A stretch of DNA of 63,480 nucleotides, the filler included, from Phoronis australis (taxonomy: Eukaryota > Animalia > Phoronida), in assembly GCA_002633005.1 (NCBI GenBank). It is 11 parts of 11 records of this genome, joined end to end, with 100 filler letters (N's around TTAATTAATTAA, not from the genome) between each part and the next. Parts side by side here need not be neighbours in the genome. Positions count along the whole stretch, not along the records: positions 33,853 to 37,923 come from NMRA01002716.1; positions 38,024 to 40,856 come from NMRA01003395.1; positions 40,957 to 44,245 come from NMRA01003105.1; positions 44,346 to 46,706 come from NMRA01003715.1; positions 46,807 to 53,456 come from NMRA01000883.1; 6 more parts are not named here. The stretch is one strand, 5' to 3'. The position numbers and the translations under genes are program-made. Under the pieces are notes generated by a model. That model was not told where the DNA came from and made no database searches. It saw only the letters and a program-made list of their open reading frames with translations. Below are positions 35,016 to 47,122 of the stretch, piece by piece (the first letter of the stretch is position 1; the number at the start of each line of letters is the position of its first letter).

Positions 35016-37923
35016 ACTAAGAGAGTTGATGGCCCTCGGACAAGAAATGGGTCTGCAGGGAGACAATCTCAGACAGTTTGTTGAAAAACAACAAGCTGAA
35101 GCGCGTGCTCAGGTAGAGGCTGAGGCTGAGGCGGAGGAGAGAAGGCAAGCTCGTGAGGCTGAAGAAAGGGCACGAAAGGCCGAACAGCAGATGGAGAGAG
35201 AAATAATGGAACACGAGAGGGCGCTAGCAGCACTGAAAGCTGAACAGGTTGCAGCGGAGGGTAGCCATGTTAGATCAACTGGTGGTGTAAAGCCGAAGCT
35301 ACCTAAGTTTGACGAAAATCAGGACGATATGGACAACTTCCTGGAAAGGTTTGAAAGATACGCAGAAATTCAGGGTTGGACACAGAGTGAATGGGCAATT
35401 AGTCTCAGCCCCCTGTTAACAGTTAAGGGCCTGCAGGTTTATACTAGCCTTCCTATGGCTGATGCACTAGACTATGCTACACTCAAAAGAGCCTTGCTAA
35501 AGCGCTATGAGCTGACTGAAGACGGTTTTCGCAGACAGTTCCGGGAAGCGAGGGCCGAGAAGGGCGAGACAGCATACCTGTTTGTGGCACGCATACAGCG
35601 TTACCTAGACAGGTGGATCGACATGTCCGACTGTGGCAAATATTTTGCTGAGTTTAGAGACTTGTTAGTGCGGGAGCAGTGCGTTAACACTTGTACTAAG
35701 GACTTGGCCTTGTTCCTGCGAGAGCGGACACCCAAGACTGTTCCAGAGATGGTGAGCTTAGAAGAGAGATATATTGAGGCCCATGGAGTGGATATAACGA
35801 GCACCCAGTGGAAAAATTCCCAAGAGCGACCAGTCAAGACAGACAACCAGAGAGTCAATCAGAAGAAAAATTACCTCGCAGAGGAAANAGGGCCGAGAAG
35901 GGCGAGACAGCATACCTGTTTGTGGCACGCATACAGCGTTACCTAGACAGGTGGATCGACATGTTCGACTGTGGCAAAGAGTTTGCTGAGTTTAGAGACT
36001 TGTTAGTGCGGGAGCAGTACGTTAACACTTGTACTAAGGACTTGGCCTTGTTCCTGCGAGAGCGGACACCCAAGACTGTTCCAGAGATGGTGAGCTTAGA
36101 AGAGAGATATATTGAGGCCCATGGAGTGGATATAACGAGCACCCAGTGGAAAAAGTCCCAAGAGCGACCAGTCAAGACAGACAACCAGAGAGTCAATCAG
36201 AAGAAAAATTACCTCGCAGAGGAAAGGTGTTTCTTCTGTCACAAAATTGGACACCTGGCTAGAGACTGTCGGAAGCGGAAACAAGGGATGCAACACCAAA
36301 AGTCAGCAGCGGTCAACCACCGAGGTTCCCAGAGCTAAGAGGATTCGGTGAAGCGTGCTAATCCTGAACGCGCCTTCAAAGGAATGCTGCGTCTGAAGGA
36401 GGGGTATGTTGGCACTAAGAAGGTCTCAGTGTTGAGAGACACAGGCTGCACAACCATTGTGGTTCGATCTAGTTTAGTCGAACCAGGAGATATGACCTGC
36501 CGGAAGTGGTCATGCGAGTTGGCAGACTCTACCAAGGGATGACTGCCTGTCGCAAAGATCAACATCAAGACACCGTACTACACAGGAGAAGAGTTCGCGA
36601 TGTGTATGGAGCGTCCAGTGGCCGATTTGATTATCGGGGACGTGCCTGGCGCCTTGGACCCAGGCGATGTTGAGCGACAGCAGAGAGCAACTGCCAACGA
36701 GGACAATACAGGCAATAGCCTTGTGGAGGGTCCGAAAGACGATTCTCAAAAGGGTACGACTTCCCAAGAGAAGAGCCTAGTCACCTCAACTCTAGAGGGA
36801 GAATAGGTGGCTGCCAAGTCGGCAGGAACAGATCCTGATGAATCCAGCAGGGAATCGGTAGCAGTGACTACCAGGGCTCACGAAGAGCGACAAAAATCGG
36901 ACATTAAACCGTTAGCTGTGTCCCCAACCATACAAGAAGTGGGACTAAAGCAGTTCGAAGAAGCCCAGCATGAAGATTCATCAATGAAAAAGTTGTGGGA
37001 GCAAACTGAAGCCAAGGTTAAGCGACAGACCAAAGGCAAGGGGTTATACGTGATGGAGACTCAACGAGGAATACTCTATCGCATGTTCAAAAAGAAAGAC
37101 GGTGACGAGGTGAAACAAGTTGTCGTGCCGAGCAGTTTACGGAAGTCCGTGATGAGGCTTGCTCATGAGTCTATACTCGGTGGACACCTCGGTGTTAGGA
37201 AGACAACTGACCGTATCACCAGTAATTTCTATTGGCCAGGAGTGGCATCAGAAGTGACCCGATTCTGCATATCATGCGACATCTGTCAGAAGACTATACC
37301 TAAAGGTCGAGTGACCAAGGTACCCCTGGGATAGATGCCTTTGATGGATGAGCCTTTCAAAAGGATTGCAATCGACCTGATTGGCCCTAAAGCTCCAGTT
37401 TCCGACAAAGGAAACAGATACATTCTCACGGTGGTAGATTTCGCTACCAGGTATCCAGAAGCAGTGGCGCTACCGAAGATTGAGACAGAGCGTGTGGCTG
37501 AAGCATTATTAGAAGTCTTCAGTAGAGTAGGGTTCCCACGGGAGATCCTGAGTTATCGTGGAACGCAGTTCACAGCGGAACTGATGAAGGAGGTCAGCAG
37601 GCTTGTAAGTGCAAAGCAGCTGTACACGACCCCTTACAATCCACGCTGTAACGGGCTCTGTGAGAGAATCAACGATGTTGTGAAGGCCATGCTGAAGAAA
37701 ATGTTTCAAGAAAAACCGAAGGATTGGGACCGGTATCTGCCAGCTGTCCTATTTGCTTACCGAGAAGTCCCGCAATCAAGCACAGGATTTTCACCCTTTG
37801 AGTCATTATACGGCAGGACAATGAAAGGTCCTATGCAAATACTGAGCGAACTCTGGACTGGGGAAGACAGCAAAGAAGTCCGAAATACTTACCAGTATGT
37901 CTTCGAGCTCAGGAACCGCTTAG
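35016..37923 (+). mobile_element. Gmr1-like Ty3/Gypsy LTR retrotransposon gag-pol, pseudogenised and truncated by the spacer
   Basis: Coiled coil, capsid (PKLPKFDE..DDMDNFLERFER), SCAN-like region, zinc knuckle CFFCHKIGHLARDC, protease LRDTG, integrase HHCC (AHESILGGH...CISCDIC) and core (IDLIGP..NGLCER). Four in-frame stops (36336, 36540, 36804, 37332). No RT between protease and integrase. Confidence 0.95.
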
Positions 37924-38366
37924 NNNNNNNNNNNNNNNNNNNNNNNNNNNNNNNNNNNNNNNNNNNNTTAATTAATTAANNNNNNNNNNNNNNNNNNNNN
38001 NNNNNNNNNNNNNNNNNNNNNNNGTTTGCCGCTGGATTGCAGCTTGAGCCGAGCCATAAAAGGGTTCGAAATAAAGGAATTTGTGGTGGAATGTGAGTTC
38101 GATTGATAACAAGATGCTCATTCTGCATGTGTACATGTAGCTCTACAAAACTACGACACAGCTTCGCAAGGTCCAAAAATCCAGTCAGCGTTTCTTTGCT
38201 GCGATGTTTTTTGTCCAAATTCTGTGCTGTCACCTATCTCTGGGCTATGGGTGAGCCCATCCGTGGGCGTGACGCTCTCTCCACGTGGTGACTGTAGTGT
38301 GGCGTAATCAGGTCAAAATTTGTAAGCATAAGATATTGTAGACGACTGGATCATTTGCTGAATTCA

Positions 38367-38475
38367 CCGGTTCCGCCGGGTCAAGCGGCTATGACATCTG
38401 ACTCATGTGTAAGTCGGTAGTCGTCTTTGCCACGCCCTCAACCAGTGTCTTAACCGGTTGACCCGGCAAAACGGG
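38367..38475. mobile_element. Second, shorter copy of the MITE family at 2894-3140
   Basis: CCGGTTCCGCCGGGTCAAGCGG...CCGGTTGACCCGGCAAAACGG inverted arms. Confidence 0.6.
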
Positions 38476-38879
38476 TGGAATGAATCAAGTTTACCCATTA
38501 CATCAAGCGAATTTCCCCACACAATTGAATATTTATAGTAAATCTAACGTTTTTCGCAATCAATGAGAGCGGTCATCCATAGACTGGGGTAATGCCGGAA
38601 AAGAAAACAGGCAGCTTATATGTCAAGCATCTTTTTTGCTCTAACCATAGCAATTTCTGTGGAAACCATAGCAAATCATAGCACTGAGGAAAACAAGTCA
38701 AAATTGGGTCAAGTACCAAAATGCATTGGATGTCACCACTTACAGTTTATTCTTTGTCGTGAAAGGCCACCGTCCCATAGTACGCACCACATCGTAAACA
38801 CCACGTTCATATACAGACACATTGATGTATAAAATTACAATCAGAATGTTGAAGCATTTAGACACTAGCTCTTATGAGA

Positions 38880-40250
38880 AAAGCTTTCTTGATGAATTGT
38901 GACAGATTAACCAAGAAGGTACTAGAAACGTTATTCAAGTAACTTAAAAATGATGTAGTATCGCACTGTGACAGTTGTGGAATACATGTAAATTAGATCC
39001 TCAAGTGATCATACAGAAAGCATCTTGTTAAGAGGTGGAACTCGTCTTCAATTTCATACAAATTATTTTTTTTTGCTATATTTGCACAGCCTTAGTTCTC
39101 TATCTACTCTTCCTCGCGCCATCTCGACTTCAAGAGTATGAGAAGATGGAGCAACGTACCTGCGAATCTCACCACATTTTATAACTTTTAGATATTGAGC
39201 AACATTTAAGTTCTTATGCACCTCAGCAAAAACTACATGTTTGCTACTATTTCTTACTTTGCAATCCCATTCTTGGAAGGCACAGTCTTTAACTATCTGA
39301 GTAATTATTTTCAAAATGCACCAATATCTCCAACGTTTTGTTGTGCCCAAACAAAGCCAAAACCATATCCCTGGACTACCTTTTTGCCTCATGGCCTCGG
39401 CATTTTTAGTCGATACAAGTCGTGAGGAGAAAATGCTGTCAAGGTAGGTATAAGATGTAACTTTGTTGATTTCTGATGATTTAAAAAACATTTCTCACAC
39501 CTATTGGGTGTTCCGCTATTTCGAAAACCACGATATTAGTTTTAGACATGTATATATCCATTCCAACTCTGTCACAGAAATTTTCAAGAACTCGAATTTG
39601 TTTGTGCAGATTGTTGGGAGTAGACAAATTGGTTGTTATATCGTCAGCGTACAATAAGTACAAAATATCAGGTGACTCAATAGACTCATTTATTTCCTCG
39701 TCCGTAATAGGGCTATTCAACTCGATCGGCTGACTTTGACTGCAATCGTTACAATTAAGTTAATGATTTTTTGTGGATTAATTTGAACCTGGAACTCATC
39801 CTCCTCATCCATATTGATATTTTTATTAAATAATTCCTCAAAATAATTGAGATGGACTGACATGATTAGACCCAATGGTCTTCTTTCTATTATAATTTTC
39901 CAACAGTTTCCAGCATTTATCCGGATCACCACCGTCGCAGACTGACGGTGCCTGTTGACATAGACTGTCCATACGGGCTTTTCGTTCATTTTCTACAGTA
40001 AGTTTGGCATTCAAATATTCAGTTGCATTACCAATGCCTTTTCTCAATGCATTACGCAGCTTATTTTTAATGTGTTTGTTTGGTTACACACTCTCGTCAT
40101 CCCACCACTCCGGATTAATGTTAGATCTGCAGGTATGTTGCCTTTTATTGCAGTGAACTTTTTTGTACCCGCTTACAGTACCTATTAGAGGCTGTTACAC
40201 GTACATGTAGTAACGGTGAGTGTTGTTAAACTCCTTGGTAACTCCTATGG
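38880..40250 (-). mobile_element. Decayed, internally deleted LINE ORF2 remnant
   Basis: LLYADDI...LENFCDRVGMDIYMSKTNIVVF, YTYLDSIFSS, SSHTLEVEMARG..RELRLC and EDEFHLLTRC relics; same architecture as the LINE at 8790-10580. Confidence 0.85.
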
Positions 40251-42194
40251 CCCTGTCGAGCAACACTCGTGATATGAAATCATTTCGACAAAAGAGATTG
40301 CCAGTAAAAGCCAAAGCGAAGGTCAGAAAATTTTGTTATGAACATCGTGCGTATTAATTAGCGAAAATACTTATCAATTTGGAGTTACGCCAAATCACTA
40401 CAGAAATGGCAAAAATGCGTAACAAATGCTTAATTCCCGTACTGGTTGGCAAGTATCCGACAGTGTCATGAGCCCAACGTAGGTCAGTACTCTCCAAATT
40501 AATATTTATAACACCTTACTACGAGGCCCAATGCAGGATTTTCATCACGTGACTGCATGTCCGCCTAACTATCATTCTCAGGATGGCCGCAGCCACTGAA
40601 AGTAGAAAACGTTCACTTTATTCTTTTCAAAATGAACCTCTATCACAGAAAATGTACATAAAATAACGTCTTTACCTGAAAAAGCAATCATTTCGTATAT
40701 GTCCTGGTACTGAGGCGGCATGTACATGTACATGTACAAGTCCAGAGATATTAAATGGATCATTACACATATAATGACTGTCTCGAACATATAAATCCTC
40801 TACAAGAACAACTGATGAACCCAGTTGAAGTGTTGCAGCTACGGAGCTTAGGGATTNNNNNNNNNNNNNNNNNNNNNNNNNNNNNNNNNNNNNNNNNNNN
40901 TTAATTAATTAANNNNNNNNNNNNNNNNNNNNNNNNNNNNNNNNNNNNNNNNNNNNATGAAATAAATCCACACCCTCTCCATCAAAACCCAGGAAAGCCC
41001 AAAAGAATACTGCCAAAAGGATTATTTAGCATTTCATGTTAAACGCCACCACTTTGAATACCTTCTTTTAAACAATAAAACTATCACTGTCTCATGTATA
41101 ATTACTGACCCAACTGGAAGCGTTCACACTCTGTTCAGTAAACAAAAGCATGTTTCAATCTGATCCGAGTTTTTGCTTAATGCATATAGGAGTGAAAACT
41201 GACACAAGACACAAAAATGCCTATAAGTTAACGCGGCGTGTTCTTCATTCACAGGTGAGAAAATCACCTCACAAACCATGTACATGTAGAAATCCTTCCC
41301 CAGCACTTTTCAGGTCTTCAAACCTAAACAAACATTACGGCGTTTTCCCGTTGCTCCAAACTTGTTCGATTCTATAGCCCAACAACGAGTTGGGAAGATC
41401 ACCCCTGTAGCCAATATCGTACACGACTGATTAACTCCATTCTGGCATTTATTGTTGGAGGGCCGGCTCTCTTTTGTTCAATAATTGCCCTAATCTCCGA
41501 TCAGATCGTATCTAGCCTGTCTGAGCTGTGCTGCTAAAAATGAAAGTTAAGTTATAACATATTTGAACATAAACCAATAGCATTTCTGAATTCCTTGTCA
41601 AATGCTGATCATGTTTAGTTTTTGAATCACCAAAATCGCCAACTACAACAGAAGTCAAGACAATCCATTCTGCCAGGTTTCAGTAACCCTTTGAAGCCTG
41701 GGAGATAATTGGCCTGCTTGTTGTCATACGGGACAAACGACTGCACTGGGCAGTTAACAAAAGAGCCAGATGTTATCGCACGTTCAGAACCCCTCACGTC
41801 TGGAAAAGTTACTGAACGACAGAACGCTGTCATGTTTGCCGAGTGTATCAGCGCCTTCGCCGCGTCAATACACAACTTCACTCTTAGGCTAGATAACTAT
41901 AAAACTACAAAATTATACAGGTTTGTAGCTGTAATATACGCAAAATTAATTTACCAACTCTTTGAATTTGACGTCGATTGGAGAGATATGACAGTTTGAA
42001 TTTCCGAGCACTTAGATTTTATTTAGAAATCTGAACTTTTCTTGTTCAAAACTGATTAGAGGTAATATCACGGAATTCTTTGATTTACAAAAATATGATC
42101 AAGAACAGCACGCAACCTTTTAAAGCTGTGATCGTTTTATTTCAATTTAATATCATTTACAATTAAAACGTGGGTTCAGTAGTATATCCCTGTA

Positions 42195-43481
42195 CCGTAT
42201 TACCCGGAATATAAGGGCATAGTCCTATAGTAGAGTGTATAGCCTTACATTCGAGTATAAGGCCAGGGCCTTATAGCCCGAGTCATTTGGATTCTGGCGT
42301 GATCTCTTGAGCTTCAAAGATGCATCCCTCGTAAGCACGAAGTGTATGGTGAAGTTTGGGAGAACACGATACGGACGAACAGTCAGAACACTACGGAACC
42401 ATACCTACACAGAGGGAGAGGGAAGGTACGTATGTACCTGTGTGTTACGTTCGCCATTTTGGAATCTCTGCGCGTGTTGTACTGATTTTTGCTTGATTTT
42501 CGTACTTACTCAACATTTTTACGAAATCCGTCTAGTCACGCAGCATTTTGTAATCTTTGACTTTACGTAAAGTTTCGGTCATGTGTGGCAAAACAAAACA
42601 TAATTAACTAGCGCTATACCCGAAATAGTGGTATGCCCTTATACTTGAATATATTATAAAGACGTGGCCTTATTCGCTTGTTCAGTGTGTCGTCGTCATT
42701 TTGGCGTTTTGAGCCCTGTCAAAGGAAATTAGAATACCAAAACTGAAAACAATAATAATCATTAGGCCAGATTTAAGTACCTCTGTAATTTGCTGAGCAT
42801 TTTGAAAATTATTACCTGGCCACGATCTTGGTCAAGTTCAATCCTTCTTGCCTAATTCCCAGGGAGCATACAAAGGATGTATGTGTAACCGGTGTCGGAA
42901 CAAACCGATTAATCCAAACCCATAATTTTGTAAAACTTCCAAACGTATAACTGCCCCCGTGGTTAACTAAGTCGGAAAAAATCCAATACCTACAACTTTT
43001 TTTTGAAAATGTGATGCCATTGGCGGATCAAGGATACGATAAGGGGGGGGGGGCAACATGTTGTTTTCGGGAATTGGGTAAAGCGCAATTGCGTGTGCAG
43101 CACAGGCCTAAAGGTACGGGGACAGGGCGTGAGAACCTTCTGTTCGGAAAATCCACCGGTGGACTAAATTAAAAATGCCGCGATCTGGGGTCTCCGCTAC
43201 AGGTTCTAGTTACTCAATATTTCCTCACGTTTCACGCTGTTGCTCTTCCATTTTGCTTGCGGCAGCCAAGGGCGAGGGGGGGGCGGGCTCCCTGTCCCCC
43301 TAAATCCGCCTATGGATGCGACTGCATTTTTAACAATATTTGTGGGTCCAAATCCCCTCATACTAGTGTCAGATGAGTCTTCACTAACGTTCGAATATTC
43401 TGTGTCGTTTGCCTTTTTAAGTGATATGAAAAAATGCATTATTTGGCCTTAGACCATGGTCTTATCTTCCGGGTAATACGG
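42195..43481. mobile_element. Non-autonomous Tc1/mariner-pogo type element with TA TSD
   Basis: TA|CCGTATTACCCGGAATATAAGGGCAT ... ATGGTCTTATCTTCCGGGTAATACGG|TA. Confidence 0.85.
43018..43314. mobile_element. GC-rich MITE with CATTGGCGGAT...ATCCGCCTATG termini and perfect 5-bp TSD, nested in the pogo-type element
   Basis: Flanked by GATGC at 43013-43017 and 43315-43319; G-run and C-run subtermini. Confidence 0.75.
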
Positions 43482-43766
43482 TACACAGCGCGTTTTCACA
43501 TGCGTAATATACAGGAACACCTTGCAAGTTTTACCATCATTATGTCATTTTACGGAAAGAAAGCAACGCCATCTAGAGTAGTATTCCGACACTTGTTAAA
43601 TCCAACATGTTCGTGTTGGTAACTGTGTAATTCTGGACCTAAATCACAAAGAATGTGCAAAAACACAAGAAATAATTGGCAAAACATAAAATTATGAATT
43701 TTGCACAAATACATGTAGTTGAAACAGTTCGTGTAATTCTGGCACCTTGTTTTTTATTTCGCCGTG

Positions 43767-43960
43767 GTGCAACACCTCACATCCGCTCTGCAACTCATGT
43801 CTATGCAGCACCTCACGTCTATGCAGCACCTCACGTCCCTGCAGCACCTCACGTCCATGTAGCACCTCACGTCTGTGTTGCACTTCACGTCCATGCAGCA
43901 CCTGACGTCAGCGCTGCGCCTCATGTCCGTGCTGCACTCCAAGTCTTTGAAGGCTCTCAC
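43767..43960. repeat. 18-bp minisatellite (GCAGCACCTCACGTCYAT), about 10 copies
   Basis: Directly visible; open in several frames (APHVHA / DVRCCM / REVLHG repeats). Confidence 0.9.
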
Positions 43961-44345
43961 GTTGGCGTTACAAGTTCTGTGGAAACAAGCCAGAGTTCAC
44001 CTCCTGAATGCCCAGACAACTAGCTTTTCATTTGTAAACGATTCAAAACTGCACGTAATCTCATTTTTACTAAATTACACACTGTCATCTCAACATCTTT
44101 TTAATAGTTGCCCCATCATTTAGCGATAGTGTTTCTAGTGTAAACTAATGAAGATCATGTCGTAAGATTCTTTGATATTTGATAGAAATCTCCTGAGCAT
44201 CGTAATTAAATCAGACATTTAAAACGATGAATTTCGATCGACGACNNNNNNNNNNNNNNNNNNNNNNNNNNNNNNNNNNNNNNNNNNNNTTAATTAATTA
44301 ANNNNNNNNNNNNNNNNNNNNNNNNNNNNNNNNNNNNNNNNNNNN

Positions 44346-45295
44346 GACTTACCCCGTGCTTGCCTGTGAAACGACCGTGCGGCTGTAGCGAAGGCTGCTG
44401 TCGGGTACGCCTGGAATGTGTGCTCCGTTGGTCCATTATTACCAGCTTCGAAAATCTTCATTTCGGTCTTTAATAGCGACCTCAGGGTGGCCAGCGGCAT
44501 GTTGATATCGCCTTTGTTTTGCCTGGCGATGTTTTGACGCATCGCTGGGCTTAACTTGTCCAATATCACGGGAACGAGTAGGTCCTTGTTTTCATGAGGC
44601 TCCAGGGTAATCAATGTCCGAATTAGTTTCTCAATTTTGTCGTAAAATGAGTGAAACTGTCCGGCTGTTGCGGGTGGCATGTTGTAAATTTGTCTTAACA
44701 GTTCGCTTTTGAGTTTTGTCGATGAGCCGAATCGTTCCTGCAGTAGGCTTATAGCCGTATGATAGTTTGCTGCCGTAATTTGCAGTCCATTGATGACATC
44801 CTTGGCAGCACCCTGCAGTGTAGATTGCAGGTACTGGAACTTTTGGACATCCGTCAGTTTGGAATTGGTGTGAATGGACGAAGAAAAAATATCCCAGAAT
44901 GTTGGGTAATCTAAATATTCACCCGAAAATTTTGCGAATTCCAGTTTCGGCAAGCGAATGATGTTTGCGGTTGGAGTCGGAGCAGTCACTGTGGGCGGTG
45001 TTGCAGTTGGTTCAGGTTCGGGAATGAGAGCTATGGCCAGCTCAATGTCCGTGATGTAGTTTTCATCAGCGTCAATTTCGGCTTCCATATCACTTGGCGG
45101 TAGGAGGGGGTGCAGTTCGCCGTTGATGTTGATGACAGTCTGCAGTTTTTCGGCGATGAGATGGGAAATCGCACGAGCTTTTGGATGGTCACCTTCATGC
45201 AGTGCTGTATCCAACTTGTGTTTAAGTTGTGTTATTTGTCCTTTCTGTGCCCCTCTCTTGACTCTGAGGAGTTTGATCTTCTCTGCCTTGTCCAT
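44346..45295 (-). CDS. BEL/Pao retrotransposon Gag (DUF1759-type), intact up to the spacer
   Basis: ATG at 45295; RLPKLEFAKFSGEYLDYPTFWDIFSSSIH..KLTDVQKFQYLQSTLQGAA...NYHTAISLLQERFG; no stops in over 310 codons. Confidence 0.92.
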
Positions 45296-45308
45296 GGTCA
45301 CGGCACCA
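45295..45308 (-). promoter_or_regulatory. Primer-binding site (tRNA-His type)
   Basis: TGGTGCCGTGACCA lies 3 nt after the LTR end ...CCCACA and is complementary to the tRNA-His 3' end (GUCACGGCACCA). Confidence 0.8.
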
Positions 45309-45311
45309 AAA

Positions 45312-45585
45312 TGTGGGATTCCAAAATGTGGGGTAATTAGCGGGTTAACTAGATGAGGTGGCTCGATGTGCTGAGCAGAGAGCTGATAGAGAGCGTCTTA
45401 ATGCTTCGATATATTTAATCAAACTGAGTTCTACACGACACATACATCTGTTAAGTTCCAAGAAATGATTCATGCCCAAATACATATACATTGTGGTTAA
45501 GAGAGGAAGAGAGGATGGGTTACAAAGAAAGACTGAACACACAGAGAGTGAAAGTTGCATAATGATTAATAGTTCCTAGTATACA
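45312..45585 (-). mobile_element. Putative 5' LTR of the BEL/Pao element (about 274 bp)
   Basis: TG(TATA)...(CCCA)CA ends and internal ATTAAA; the 5' boundary is inferred because the second LTR is not in the window. Confidence 0.6.
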
Positions 45586-45894
45586 AAAACTTTACTTTCC
45601 TTGCTACATGAAACCAAGACACCGGAAGTTATGATTCCTCCTCAGGTAGTTTCGCATTAGGCCGCCTGACTTGATGGAGTTGCGAACCTCTTAACGAGTC
45701 TCTATGGTTAGTGAGTGCCACCGGCTCTACTTACCTGTCTCTACTGCCAAGTAGAAAGTGATGGCACTGTCTAGTGACCATGCATAGTATCTAGCTGGTT
45801 CCAGTAGAGAGTGTGAAGCTCCTATACGCCAGAAGCATTTCAGCGAATTATGCCTTATACTGATTAAAACGTCAGTCACGTTAATTGTTTTAAG

Positions 45895-46023
45895 GGCACT
45901 GGTCGGATATAGCGGTTCTGGATTTTTTAGAGAGCCAATTTCATCCACTAATTAAGTAACGGGCCCATTATTTAGTGACTGCCTGGTTCTCTAAATCCGG
46001 GACCGTTATATCCGACCAGTGCC
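45895..46023. mobile_element. Small hairpin MITE (about 130 bp)
   Basis: GGCACTGGTCGGATATAGCGGTTCTGGATTT versus reverse complement GGCACTGGTCGGATATAACGGTCCCGGATTT; pairing continues inward; TTAA near both flanks. Confidence 0.75.
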
Positions 46024-46052
46024 TGTTTTAAGTACCATTTGCGGATAGAGGT

Positions 46053-46458
46053 GCTGTATGTGAACTTGGAATCCTGCTTAATCTCGAAGATCGCATATGC
46101 GAGAACTTGGAATTGAATATTCTTTAAGGCAAAAACATGAAAAGAATTTTTATAATTATTGGCCTCGCGATCAACCATTTTCTCCTTTACCATAACTTAT
46201 GTCGCTAAACCGGAGGAATATGTGAATGGCTGAATCGATTATTGTTTGGTGAAACTGATCGCTCGTAGTTGAAAAGGTTGGTTAAAATTGACGACTTTAT
46301 TCAAATGTAACTTGATTTAGTGCAGTGCAAATTTTTATGAACATGAACGTGATTATTTGAGTGAACTTTTCAAGTTGCTTCGCGTATTCCAAGTTTACGC
46401 AACACTCACTTCTGCTAAATCTTGAGATTAAGCAGGAGATTCCAAGTTCACGTACAGC
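46053..46458. mobile_element. MITE with ~38-bp TIRs
   Basis: GCTGTATGTGAACTTGGAATCCTGCTTAATCTC versus reverse complement GCTGTACGTGAACTTGGAATCTCCTGCTTAATCTC. Confidence 0.78.
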
Positions 46459-47122
46459 CCGGACAGGCTTTAGTTTAGGAGAACGTGGATGTCTTCAATT
46501 CCTTACACAGTACTAGGGCTGATATCCATAATATCTACAGGTTCAAACGTGTTTCGATTGTCACCATTCTTTGGGGTTAATGGACCGTAAATGTGGACAT
46601 TTTTGCGCTGAAAATTGGCAGCTGTTTCTTACGGTAATAGTCGGATAAGTTGGTCCCATTTCAAATTCTGTCAGGAATACTTAAAAAATAAAATGAAGTG
46701 TCGCAANNNNNNNNNNNNNNNNNNNNNNNNNNNNNNNNNNNNNNNNNNNNTTAATTAATTAANNNNNNNNNNNNNNNNNNNNNNNNNNNNNNNNNNNNNN
46801 NNNNNNCCTCAGGCGTACCTTGTGTATCCGGTAAGACAGCATCTCATGACGTACGCCCTCAAGGAAGAGGCAATTTCTTGGAATTTTTGCTTTTTCTATT
46901 CTGGTGTCATTACGCGGCGACGGTTCAGTGACATTTTTGTTCGCTTCCAGTGGTGGCAAGGACAGCGTCCTTCTACTTCGGATGCTGTGTGGCCCTAGAA
47001 AGTGTCCACATTTCTCTAATTTTAAAGGTTGATATCTTAGAAATAACAGTTCAGATTTTTGTAAAATCTCCCATGTTAATGGTATACTGGTCAGCCAGTA
47101 GTTTGATGAAGAACATGTCCCT

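Noticed and set aside
36336-37334. Programmed stop-codon readthrough in the Gypsy gag-pol
   Set aside because: Four scattered stops plus a mutated catalytic Asp indicate decay rather than recoding.
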